From: Eledone cirrhosa
Taxonomy: Eukaryota
Length of the DNA: 64,000 nucleotides
NCBI GenBank assembly: GCA_964016885.1
Contig: OZ024741.1
Coordinates: 357,182,001-357,246,000 of the forward strand
Reading direction: 5' to 3'
Positions 23,301 through 36,700 of this stretch are shown piece by piece. The position numbers and the translations under genes are program-made. The notes below the pieces were generated by a model. That model made no database searches and had not been told where the DNA came from. It worked only from the letters and a program-made list of their open reading frames with translations. How positions within the stretch are numbered: the stretch's first letter is position 1; the number at the start of each line of letters is the position of its first letter.

Positions 23301-26300
23301 TCAGTCTTATTATTTGTTCAAAGATTCTTTCCTCCTAGATTGTGCCAAAGTTGCATCTTTCTGCTTTTGATTTAAGTCTAAATATTCGTCAACTGACTAT
23401 TCAGTTTGTTGTATTGATGAGAACTCTAATCATTTAACCCATTTGTTTAGTTTTTGTATCAGATGGGCTTCAAAAATTTTGAATACATTTGTAGATATTT
23501 CTTTCTGTTTAGTTGTAAAATTTGCCTTTTGTATTAATTCTCAACCCTTTGGTCCTCTACTAAGTAAAATAGAATTGTGTTTCAGGTTTTCATCTACTTT
23601 GTTCATACTGAAGTAAGAGTTCAAAATTGACCCATTGCACTTGTTTTCATTTAACCAGTTCATATTTGTTGATGGGATTGTTGACGTCACGATCTTTGAT
23701 GTTCATCTTTTGATTCGGCTCACTTGGACTCATTCGAGAGAGAAAAGTTTCACTTCTTTACCATAGTGTTATCTGTAAGATAAATTGCTATCGAATAATG
23801 CATTTCTCATTTTCTAATATTTATTTTGCAGATACCAAAAAATGACCAGATCATTCTTGAGAGAATCTGTAAGAATGTAACAGATCTTAAAAATATTCAG
23901 AAGTCATTTGGTGGTCAACTGCAGTACTCAGCATTTTATGGAATTGTAAATATGTATATATATATAATACTTCATTTTTTTTTTTTTTTAATGTAATGGA
24001 AGTATTTATAGATCAACAATTATGGGGACATTTGAAAATGAAAATTAACCTTTTCATTACAATATTTCTATTGAAAGACACTGCCTCTGATTTTCACATC
24101 ATTTTGAAAATAATTACGATTTGGGGAGATTTAGTAAAATGAATGTAAAATGAACACTATGTATCACCTGATCTGGGTATCAAACCCATAACCCAAGATC
24201 ATGAGCCCAGCACCCTAACTGCCAGACCATGTACCTTCATTATTCTATATCATCATCATCATCGTTTAACATCTATCTTCCACGCTAGCATGGGTTATAA
24301 TACTTGCAAAACTCATATCAACTTAAACAAACTCAGCAAGTAATTATTTTCATAAAACGTTTCTCTATTACAAAGCATGTAAAGAAGTCAAAATGCACAA
24401 ATACTACATTCATCCCTTCTATTTATCTAAACATACCTCCAAAAATATGCATGTTTCAGAGTAAGCTCTAGTTTCAGGTGCAAGCTCATTTAACCCTTTA
24501 GCATTTAAACCAGGTGTATCCAGCCAGAATTCTCTCACCTCTTTCTGTTCAAACCAGCCATAACTAGACACTCATACTGATGTTAAAGTATTGTTCTCAA
24601 AATAAATATCATCAAAATCTCATAGATTCGATATTATGTGAGGTAAAGCCTTTACCGTTAAAATATAATAGTAAATATTGAGTAATATAAATGCTAAAGG
24701 GTTAAGGGATTACACCTAGGCATGTCTGTTACCTTCTTTCTCTGTAAATGGGAGGTGGTTCACAAGCTGTGACTATGTGGGATGAGGTTTAATTTTTTTT
24801 TCATAGATAGAAATAAATCATATAAATTGTTTTGTTTTTTTGTGCTTTCTTTTATATAGAACTTGGGACTGGAGAATATTGAAGCCCTCAAAGCATATAG
24901 ATACCTTCAAAAAGTTGATATTTCCAATAATGGAATATCAGGTAAGAATACAAGCCGTTTTCCTTGCTAAAGCAATAGTTAACTTTCCAGGCCTCAATAC
25001 AAGCTTCTCTGTTTGCCTTTTCTTCTGCATCCTCTCCCACCAACTCCCTGGTTTTCATTTTTTCCCCATTATCTTTAGCTATGTCTTTCTTGGTCTTCTT
25101 CTTCCTTAGCTTACTGAAGGAAGGAAGGGCAGACTGTTTGGGGAATAGAAGGGGGAAAATCATTGGCTCATGCTAACTACTAATTCAATTCCTTTATGCA
25201 ATTGAACTAAAAGCCAGTTGCTGCAGGTAAGCTTATAAATATATACTGTAGGCTACACATTTTATAGTTTTTGTTAGGGTTGTTCTGATTGGATCCTCTT
25301 CCTATCACCAATAATTTTACAGTCAGTGATATTCCAAGTAGCTACATTTAGTTGTTTAGCCCCATGTCAACATTAGAGAGGTTGTCTAACAGGACATAAG
25401 GGTTCTCTCAACCCTGTATAAGTTATCTTTCAGAATGACTGTCTCCTTAATAGGCTGCCATCCCCATGGCTTATGGAGCCCACGTCTACTCCATGCAGTT
25501 TTATTTATTCAAAGTAATTGCTCTTTTAGATGGACTGCCTTCCATGTGGCTTCTGCTAGCAAATAGAACAGCTTCTTGAGGTATCATTCAGAGCTGTATC
25601 CCACTTGTATATGTGATATCCATTAGAGCATCAGATAGAATACTTTGCAGTATTTGTTCTGACCCTTTGTGCACTGAGTTCAAATCCTAACTTTGCTTCA
25701 AAGACTAAATTTGCTTTTCAATAATTCAAATTCGATAAATAATGTACCAATCTAGTACTGGGGTCAATTCTTCCTTTGTTCCTTTTTCACACTCTTGCTG
25801 TGTCTCTTTCTCTGGAAGAAATCAGATGTGTTTATCAATCTGGGCACTACTGTAATACTTATGAACAATCTAGTAATTTAGGGAGCCATGGAAAAAAATG
25901 TTTCTCAAAAGTTTTATTTATTCCTTGTTTAAATGCTAAAGGGTTAAATGAGCTTGCACCTGAAACTAGAGCTTACTCTGAAACATGCATATTTTTGGGG
26001 GTATGTTTAGATAAATAGAAGGGATGAATGTAGTATTTGTGCATTTTGACTTCTTTACATGCTTTGTAATAGAGAAACGTTTTATGAAAATAATTACTTG
26101 CTGAGTTTGTTTAAGTTGAGTAATAAATACTGTTTTTTAAATATTTTACTCTTAATATTCTATCATGATTTAGCAGAAAATATCTTAAAATATATTTGTT
26201 AATTTAAATAATTATAGTTTCTTTACTAATGGACAGATTGTTGTGAAAATTTGCAGTATCAGACTAAAGGCATTAATTTTCAATATGATGCAACCATAGT

Positions 26301-29300
26301 GCTGTTTATACTTTTCAAGAATGTCTTGCTACTAATGTGGTTTCATGTGGTACAGGACGTTAAAAGTTAAATTTAAAAAAAAATAAAAATTACACAATAG
26401 AGTAACTGACATACATATATATAATATTTAATTTATACATCTGAAATTTCTTTTTACTTTCCAGATTTATCTCCACTAATAAATTTAGAACATCTCATAA
26501 TATTAAATGCATCGAATAATGCAATTTCTCAACTTTCTGGTGCCCATCTTCCAAACACTTTGAAACATGCAGATTTTTCTCGAAATTCAATAACAGAAAT
26601 TTGCGATTTCCAGTGCCATCCCAAATTGACAACTTTATATCTTGACAGTATCCTTTTCCTCTTTATTTCTAAAGCAATTTTAAACCTTTTGATACCAACC
26701 TGGCCAAAACCATCTCTGGTTCTATGAAACAATACCATCTATTTTAAATGGCTATTTTTTAAATTAAAATCTTCCAACATTGATTTTATATAAAAATCAT
26801 ATGCTAAGTTACTATCTTAGTAATTGAATAATTAATAATTTTAATAAATACCTCAAAATTCTTCATTAGTTAATTGAAATAGTGTGTATTTCATTAGAAA
26901 TACAATCATGAAAAGGTTAACCAGTAATATAAAGAATTAGATTTGTTTTGTTTTTTTAATTGGTAGAGTCTTAACCCTGAAATATGAAATATATGGTATA
27001 AACCTTTTGATACCAAAGATATGAAGATGGGGAAGGCAACCGGTCCATGGGGTATAACTGCCGAGATGCTGAAGGCATCTGGGTCTGTAGGTCACACTAT
27101 AACCACACGTATTGTTAACCAGGTAATACTAGAAGGTGTCATACCAAAAGATTGGTGCAGTAGCATCATTGTGAACTGCTAGAAAGGTAAAGGTGATGCA
27201 CTAGATAGAGGAAACTATAGAGGTATAAAGTTGATGGACCAGGTCATGAAAGTAACAGAAAGAGTTATAGCACAGCTGATTAGGGACCGGGTGAAAGTAG
27301 ATGAGATGCAATTTAGCTTTGTACCAGGAAGAGCCACCACTGATGCGATCTTCGTTGTGAAGTAGTTACAGGAAAAGTACCTAGCTAAAAGGAAGCCACT
27401 CTACCTGGCATTTGTCGACCTTGAGAAAGCCTTTGACGTTCCACGTGCTATAATCTGGTGGGCTCTTAGAAAACTAGGAGTAGATGAATGGCTTGTGAAA
27501 GCTGTACAAGCCATGTATAGGGGAGCAGTCAGCAGTTAGCAATGAGTATAGTGAGGAATTTAGCGTACAGGTTGGTGTTCACCAGGGCTCTGTTCTTAGC
27601 CCTCTCCTGTTCATCATAGTCCTGCAGGCAATAACGGAGGAGTTTAAGATCGGATGCCCATGGGAACTTCTGTATGCAGATGACCTCGCACTTATAGCCG
27701 AATCTATGGTAGAACTAGAGAATAAATTCCAAACTTGGAAGCACAGACTAGAAAGAAAGGGTCTCAAAGTCAACCTAACAAAGATTAAGGTCCTTGTAAG
27801 TAGACTAGAAAACAGAACCCAGATCCCCTCAGGGAAATGGCCTTGCTCAGTATGTAGGAATGGTATAGGTAGGAACTCCATTCTCTGCCCCAAATGCAAA
27901 CAATGGGTACACAAGAGATGTAGCGGGATCTCAGGAAGCTTAATTAAGAATGTAGGCTTCACATGCAGCAGCTGTGCTGGGACAGCAAGCAGCAAACAGC
28001 CACAGGAAACAAGTACCACCAATCTCTGGGAGGGCTCTGTAGAAACAGTAGACAGCTTCTGCTACCTAGGTGACCGAATTAGCAGCAGAGGTGGGTGTTC
28101 AGAAAGTACAATAACTAGGGTAAGAACGGGATGGAAGAAGTTCAGGGAACTACTGCCACTACTAGCTGCAAAAGGCTTTTCCCTCAAAATCAAAGGCAGA
28201 CTGTATGATGCGTGTATCCGAACAGCAATGTTACATGGTAGTGAGACCTGGGCGCTGAAGGTGGAAGACTTACGTAGATTAGAAAGAAACGAAGCCTGCA
28301 TGCTCCGATGGATGTGTAATAGTAATATACGCGAACGGCAAAGCATAAATGAATTGAGAGAGAGACTGAGCATAAGAGGAATCAAATGCTGTGTGCAGGA
28401 GAGGCGGTTGCGTTGGTATGGACATGTGATGCGTAAGAAGGATGACAGCTGCATAAAAAGGTGCAGAGCACTAGAGGTCAATGGAAACCATGGAGTGGGA
28501 AGACCCAAGAAGACCTGGGATGAGGTGATAAAAGCCGACCTTACCTAATTACACCTCTCAAAGGTGATGACACACGACCGTGACCTCTGGCGTCACGCAG
28601 TAATACAGAGTACCCGACCTCCCATGGGTACAAGCTGAAGCATATAGACAATATGCCTCCACACCCTCCCACTGCAAAGTGGTCGTGGAGGTGCCACGGC
28701 AAAAAAGCATCCAGCCCACACTGTAAAGTGGACGTGTAGACGCCACGGAAAAAAAGCGCCCAGCACTCACTGTAAATGAGGTTGGTGTTAGGAAGGGCAT
28801 CCAGTTGTAGAAATCAAGCCAAAATCAGTTTCTGTATGAGCAAGGCTTGGTCAGCTGACCAGGCACTGCTCACAACAGGACAACCTGTCTAACCCATGCT
28901 AGCATGGAAGAACGGACGTAAAACGGTGATGATGATGATGATGATGAAACTGTTACTTTGTTTTATCATATTTTACTCTAAATTTCACTTCTTTATTTTT
29001 AACTTACATTAAACTAGCTCTCCTAAACCAATTTAAAACACTAATCTGAATAATTAGATCTTTGTAAAATATAATTTTATTTGATATTTTTTTACAAATA
29101 GTTAAATAGTGGATGGCACACTGGAAGTGACAGGCCTAGTAACATCACATTAATGGAAGGAGTCAAATAACATATCCTCCCTTGTAGCAATTTCTTTAGT
29201 CTTTCCATATTGAAATAGCATCTCTTTTTGTGCCTAGATCATGCAACCAATATTTTCCTTGTTTAGCTTACAAATGAGAACTTCAGTAAAATAGTTGCAT

Positions 29301-30283
29301 TTTCTTCTATAGATAGCAAAGATGGCTGTCTGTTTGACACTTGCACAGAAGATATTGTGTAACCCAAGAATCATTCTCACTCAAAATCTGGTCAGAAATT
29401 AGAGTTCCTTATGAGACCCTAGAGACACAACCTGTTACTTCAAAATCACCACAAGAAAGGACTTATCATTTGACCCTTCCACTAATGTGATGTCACTACA
29501 TTTGTCCCTTCTAGTGCTCTTGCTCAATGGGACTGGGGTCATCCTAGGTCACGGATCCCAGATGCATCATCGTGTGTAGAGCTGACCAGGTCCACCACTG
29601 CCCTCCATTGCTGGTGGTCCCATGCCAGCTCCTCTGCATTCTCCAAGGGGATGTTGAGCCTCTGGAGATCTTCCCTAATCACATCCAGCCATCTGGTACA
29701 GGGTCTGCTGCAGAGCCGCTTCCAGCCTCTAGCTGCTGTGTCGAATGAGAGTAAGGCCCTGATAAGATTATCTGGCGGAAGGTGGAAGACATGTCCATAC
29801 CAGCGCATGTGGTTGATGGCTACGAGGCAAGAGGCTGCAGACTGATGTGTGCACACACGCAACTCTTTGTTGGAAATGTGGTGGTACCATGTGATATTCT
29901 CAATGGTCCTCAAGGCTCTATTATCAAAGCTGTCAATCTTCTTTGTCAGGGTCTTTGTGAAGGGTGCAAAACTCACTACCCCGCATATATATAATCTAAA
30001 TCATCAGTTTAAATCTAATTTCAGCGACGGTGGAAGCATTTCTGAATTGGGTGGGGGCCAAATTTGGTCAATTTAGTTGTAGTGATTAGTTTAGCTGTTA
30101 TTATCAAATATCAACCAAAATAAACTTTGATATGCGATAAACATAACATGTACATAAACTGTAGCATATATACAAATGGATGTATGTTTTGGTAGTTTCG
30201 GGAGAAAAATAAAATGATGGGGTGGGGGGTGCATGCCTCTCCAGTCCTCCCCCGAATTTGTTTTATCACGAGGATGAAACTTC

Positions 30284-30316
<33 letters not shown>

Positions 30317-30713
30317 ATATTTTCCTTTACCTAAAACCAGGTAACCAAATAACTACAATTGAAGGTTTAATTGAATGTGAACGTCTTCATTCTTTAAGTC
30401 TTGCTTACAATTACATTTCACGAATTGAAAATCTGGAGTTTCTACCTTTGCAGTATTTAAATCTGGTAATGTATAACTTTAAAATGTGTTTGTATTCTGC
30501 CTTTTATTTTATTTTAACCATTTTCATAACCCCACCAAAACTGACATTCATTCTAAGATACAAGACTGTCCACTTTAAAGTTTTATATATTTGAATCTAA
30601 GCATTCTATCATAATTTTATGTAAAAATGTTTTGTTAAATTAAGTTCTAAACACAAACCTAATAATGGAGAATTTATTAATAATAACAATCATCATCATC
30701 ATCATTGTCGTCG

Positions 30714-30746
<33 letters not shown>

Positions 30747-33700
30747 CCCCCATCACCACCACCATGTGAAAAATATAAATGAACATTTGTAATAAAGCTC
30801 ATACGTAACTGTAAAGGTAGGAAACAACTTAACTGAGAATGAAAATATTGCCAAAAAACACCAAGTGCATGTTTAGCATTGATAACTTGGCTTCATTTAT
30901 TGATTAACGCTTTAGTATTTAAACCGACCATATCAGGCCAGAATTCTTTGACCTCTTTCTGTTTAAACCAGCCATAACCGGCCACTCATACTGACATTAA
31001 GGTATTGTACTCGAAATAAATAATAACATCGTCAAAATCTTGTAGATTCCATATTATGTGAGATAATTTTGTGAGGTAAAGCCTTTATCATGAAAATATA
31101 ATATTAAATATAGAGTAATGTAAATGCTAACGGGTTAACCCTTTAGCATTTACATTACTCTATATTTACTATTATATTTTCATGGTAAAGGCTTTACCTC
31201 ACATAATTATCTCACATAATATCGAATCTATGAGATTTTGATGTTATTTATTTTGAGATTAATACCTTGAAATGCTAAAAGGTTAAAGAAGGAAGTACAA
31301 ACATTTTTTTCTGTATTTTTAATTATCTATTTCTACTGTATGTTATGCTAATATGTATAAATAACACTTTTGAATAAATTTTTGAATTTAAATACAAAGT
31401 GACTCAAAATATTTTTACTTATTCTAAAGTGCACTAAAATTTTTAATTGTTCTAAAGTGTACCAAAATATTTTTACTTTTAAAGTGCACTGAAATATTTT
31501 ATATATTCTAACATACACCAAAATATTTTTACTTTTAAAGTGCACCAATATATTTTGGCTTGTTCTAAAGTGCACCAGTTCTAAATTCTGTCAAAATATT
31601 TTTACTTATTCAAAACTCTACCATGAATAAAAAAAAAAAAATTGCAAACTACTAACTTAGAACATGGAAAAGCTGGGGAAGATTTATTAAAAGCATATTT
31701 TAAAATAATAGCTTCTCAAATATTAAACCATTAAGAAAATAATTAAGTATTTATCATAAAAAGTAAAAGAATTCTGAAATGTTGCTAATGGAGATAAGCT
31801 TTAGAAAAATAGTATTTTTATTATTATTTTCTTTCAAAAACAACTTTTTAACCAATAATTTAAAACAGAAACAAAACAAAACTTCTACTGCATTTTCTTT
31901 TTCTCAACAGTCCCACAACATTTTAACACAAATTGAAAACTTGGATACTCTCTCAAATCTAAGGGTAAGCTATGAAATTTACGTAATTATTTGATTACTC
32001 TTTTCCTACCAAGCCACCTGAAACTGTTCTATGATACAAAACTAGTTGTTTATATTTATTTAAAAATCTCGCATCATAATTTTAGGTCAGAAATATTGTA
32101 ACAAAAGGGGACTTTATGTGCGTGTGATTTGCAGAAGGGTACACTTCTTTCCTTTTGTGAAGACTGAATGTGAAATGTGCCTTTTATTCTCTGTTGGAAA
32201 ACGCATTCACATGTACTGATTATGTCTTTGAGAAAGGTATGAATAGCATAACATCTTATGATATAATGTCAAACTTTGTCTTATATGTCTATTCTTTTGA
32301 AAACATATAGAACATCATAAAGCTGATGTCAAGTTAACAGGGGCGTCTCTATATAATCAAACAGCCAGTTAAAATAGCAGCCAAATCATCCATATCTTAG
32401 TGCATGTTGGATAATTTTATGTAAGGACTTTTGTTTAGTTATATTCCAAACACGAAATTGATAATGAGAAAGTTAATTATATTACTAAATCTCTCCAAAT
32501 TCTTGGTCACTTTGAATGTGATTTGAAAATTACAGGTGGTGATTTTCTTAGAAATAGGGTAATAAATGATTGATTCTGAGAAAATAGAAATAAATACACA
32601 CAAATTCTTCACCCATAATTTAATGTATGAATTTTATATGAAATTGTTTGCTTTGTGTCTTTTTGTTTACAGGAAGTGAATCTTTCTAGCAACAGCATAT
32701 CCAGTTTGAATGGTCTGCAAGGACACCATGTTCTTGAAGTTATCAATGTTAATGATAATGAGGTAAACTCAAATATATAGATTGTATCTGTTTTACAAGA
32801 TTCTTGATGTGAAATCATGTGTTGAACCCTTTTAATATTAACTAGCTCGAAACCACCTCTGCTCCTATGAAACAAAACCATTCTCTTTAAACAAATTCCT
32901 ATTTAAATTAAAATCTTCCAATAAAATTTGAGATAACCTTTTAGGTTATATTACAAATACTATCTTGATAACGAAACTAGTAATAATTTCAGAACATTTT
33001 TCCAAATTCTTAATTAATTAATTGAAATTCAACACCAGCACTTTTATCAATTGCTTTTTGTCAAACTGCTTAGTGAACAACATAAACACACACACACACA
33101 AACACACACACACACCACGTGCCTAATGCACTAAAATATGTATGTAAGCTCATGTATGAATCTGTGAGTCGTGTATATATAAATATAAATCTAAGTAGTT
33201 TTATATACCCATCATGTTTTTTAGACATTTTAGTTTAATGGCTTCATTTCAGATAGAATCTATTGAGGAAATCTTGCATATAACTTGCCTGCAATTGCTA
33301 CGCAGTTTTACCATTCTTGAGAACCCAATTGAGATATTTCCCAACTTTGGCAAGATTATTTTATTTCGTATACAGCGACTTCTTGAACTAAATGGTTCTC
33401 CTGTTTCTATACATGACAAGGTAAGTCATCATTCATTTAAAATATATTTGTAACTATATGTCAAATAACATTCTCATTATCAACATTACCATTTAATGTC
33501 TAATTTCCAAGCTTAAATGTATTAAACAGACTGTCATGTTCTGGTGACCACATCTTGCTTGTATGCTGTTTCTGGCTTGGTTTCTATAGCTGGGTGTCCT
33601 CTCCAATGACAGCCATTTCACAGTATGTACTGGGAGCATTTTATTGTGACTCTGACACTACCACCTTACAGGGTGACTGAGGGCTTTTCATTGTGATACC

Positions 33701-36700
33701 ATACTGACTTAGAGTGCAAACTGAATACATTTTGTCGTGGCACCAACACTACCACTTTATAAAGTGGGTTGGGTACAATTACAATACTAGGGTACTCAAT
33801 ATGTCATTATTGAGGCTGCAGAGGCTTTGATGAGGGTGGGGGTGTAAAAATGTGATGGGTGCAGGCTATATGCTACTTGCCAGTCATGGTAGGGGTGGGG
33901 AAGCATCCCATCATGAGAAAGGTCATAGGGGTAGCTTTGAAGTTTATTGAGAAATATATACTTTGTTACACCCAAACATGCTCAGATATATTCCTAATAG
34001 ATTCTACATTTGTAAAAATAGATTATTTGGTGGTATTGTGGAGGATGACCGCAAAAAACTGAACCTCATGAAAGAGATGACACAGGATTGAGCAAACTGC
34101 TGATATGCCATAATACAAAAGACCTGTCTACTATACAAGCGCTGCAACACTAAAAGTAAACATGGTGTAAGACCTGAGGCTACAGTGTTGGGTGATCAAA
34201 TTTAGACACTATAGGGTTTGAAAGGACTTCAATTAGGATGAGCATGTGACAATGTTTCCAGTACTAGTGTCATGGTACATCCAATTCACCCTGTAATGTT
34301 ATAGTAATGGTGCCATGATAAAATTCACCCAGTCCACTCTGTAAACACACCCAGCACACCTTATAAGGCAGTTGGCATTAGGAAGAGTATCCAGCCATAA
34401 AAACCACACCAAATATGGAACATATAAACAAGATGAAGTCACCTCAACCCAACTGGTTTCAAACCATGACAACCTGTCCCAAACTAACTTCCCACACAAA
34501 GACAGTTGCGTATCAACTATTTAGTGCATTGAAATTGAATTATATGTTAGGAAGGGCATTTAGCTTTAGAATACCTGCCAAACATAGGATTGAGAAGACT
34601 CCAGTTGTGTCAAGGGCACTACAACCACCTTTGTGTTAGTGCCATGATAAAATGCACCGAGTACACTCTGTAAAATGTAGAACATATGAAAGCAAGTCGT
34701 GGACCCTGGTCAGTCAGATAAAGTGTTGGTTTAATCTATGATGACTATGTCCAACCTATACTAGAGATGTGGTGGTGGTGATGATGATGATGATGATGAT
34801 GATGCACCTCACTGTTAGAAGTTAAAATAAAAGTGGATGAAATGTCTTGTTTACTAAATTGTATTTTAGATATAACAAATACATTAACTAATTTTCCAGG
34901 TAGAAGCAATCAACATGTTTTCTCCTTCTCTTGAAGTTATTACCAATCATAACCACATGACACATTCTCTGCATGCATTTCTGGTTTCAAATAAAATCCT
35001 ATATACGTAAGTTAATTCAGTAGCTTCAATTCATTCTGTTTCTTTGTTGTGATAATATTCCTTTTTACACTGTGCATCTGGTTTTCCCACCATGTCCTTG
35101 CATGATGTAAGGAGTGACTAAAAGAGTTAGTGCCAAGAAAAGGCATCTAGCTGTAAAACAATACCTTAATTTGACCCCATGAAAGGACCCCAAAAGAACC
35201 TTCAAAAAGGACCCCATGATGAGCATGAAGATTATCAGCTTCTGCAGAGGAAATGGCCTTAACCCATTCTATCCTCTAATAAAAATTCACTACTCTTCAC
35301 TCAGAAGTTTACATTTCTAAAGTATTAACATAACATCTTGTCTCCTCTAACTTAACACTTTTGATACTAAAGCACCTGGAACTGCCTTTACTTTTATGAT
35401 ACAGGACTGCTCGTTTTATAGTGTTGGTATTTAAATTACCACCTTCAATTAAGAACTTTTTTTATGTTCCAAACATCAGATTAACCCTTTAGCATTTAAA
35501 CTGGCCATATCCAGCCAAAATTCTCTCACCTCTTTCTGTTCAAACTGGTTATAACCAGCTGCTCATTATAACCAAAATAAATAATCTTGTAGATTCAATA
35601 TTGTAGATTCAATATTATGTGAGATAGTTATTTAGGATAAAGCCTTTACCATGAAAATACAATAGTATATATAGAGTAATGCAAATGCTAAAGGGTTAAT
35701 TATGAAAAGGTTAGTTATTTCACTAAATTCCTCCAAATTCTTCATTATGTTCAAAATATAAGAATAGTGAAATAAGAATAGGTATAGCTGGAAATTGAAC
35801 CTAAGCCTCAAACTTCAATCACTTGAAGCTTGCTTATCTCAATCTTATGCCACTTTTATAGGCGGCGAATTGGCAGAGTCATTAGAATGTCGGATAGAAT
35901 GCTTTATAGTATTCATTCTGCTCTCTGCACTCAAATCCTGTTCAAATCCTGCCGAGGTCAACTTTGCCTTTCATCCTTTCAAGGTTGATAAAAAAGTATC
36001 ATTCTAGTACTGGGATCGATTCTTCCTCTATATCTCTTTCTTATTTCCTCTCTCTTACTTTCTATCTTTCTCTGGAAGAAATCTGCTGTACTCAGGCCTG
36101 GAAAAGGATGGGCTACTCCAGGCTTAAAATGCCCAAGAAACGATGTATGTCAATACGGCACCCCATTTTGATACCATACAGCTTCAAACTGCTTCTGCTT
36201 TTCTGATACAAAAGTGTTTATATTTATCTAAAAAGAAATTCCATTATAATTTTATGTAATGTAAGAACCTTTGATGAGTTATACCCTAAATAGAAAATAA
36301 ATAAGAAAGTTAGATATTTTATTAAATCCCACCAAATTCTTGATTACTTTCAAAATCATAGCCACTGTGTTTTATTAAACATACAGTAAAGAAAGAGTTA
36401 TCAACATATTATATTTGTGAATTTCAGAACAATGTCGAGTACCAATGAACAATACCCTATACTAGCACTAGTAGGGCCAGAAGGTAGTGGAAAAGGATTG
36501 CTTGCTATGAGGCTAGCAGAGGATTTTCCAGAACATTTAGGATACGGGTAAGTTACAGCTTGCTGTTATTCTTCTATTTTTTTTTTTACTGGTTTCAGTC
36601 ATTAGACTGCGGCCATGCTGGAGTGATGTCTTCTTCTTCTTCTTCTTCTTCTCCTTCTTTTTCTTTCATTTATTCCTCGGAAGGGTTCGTGGGGCAAGAA

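Larger units (their letters stand above)
24318..26119. repeat. 193-bp inverted duplication (24318-24510 / 25927-26119) flanking LRGUK exon 3
   Basis: Reverse-complement match with one visible mismatch. Confidence 0.92.
26648..30340 (+). other. U12-type (minor spliceosome) GT-AG intron of LRGUK
   Basis: 5' site GTATCCTTTT; branch-like TTCCTTTAC at 30322-30330, 10 nt before the end of the intron; no polypyrimidine tract. Confidence 0.85.

Noticed and set aside
31400-31610. Regularly spaced repeats resembling a CRISPR array
   Set aside because: Tandem minisatellite without unique spacers; eukaryotic context, no cas genes
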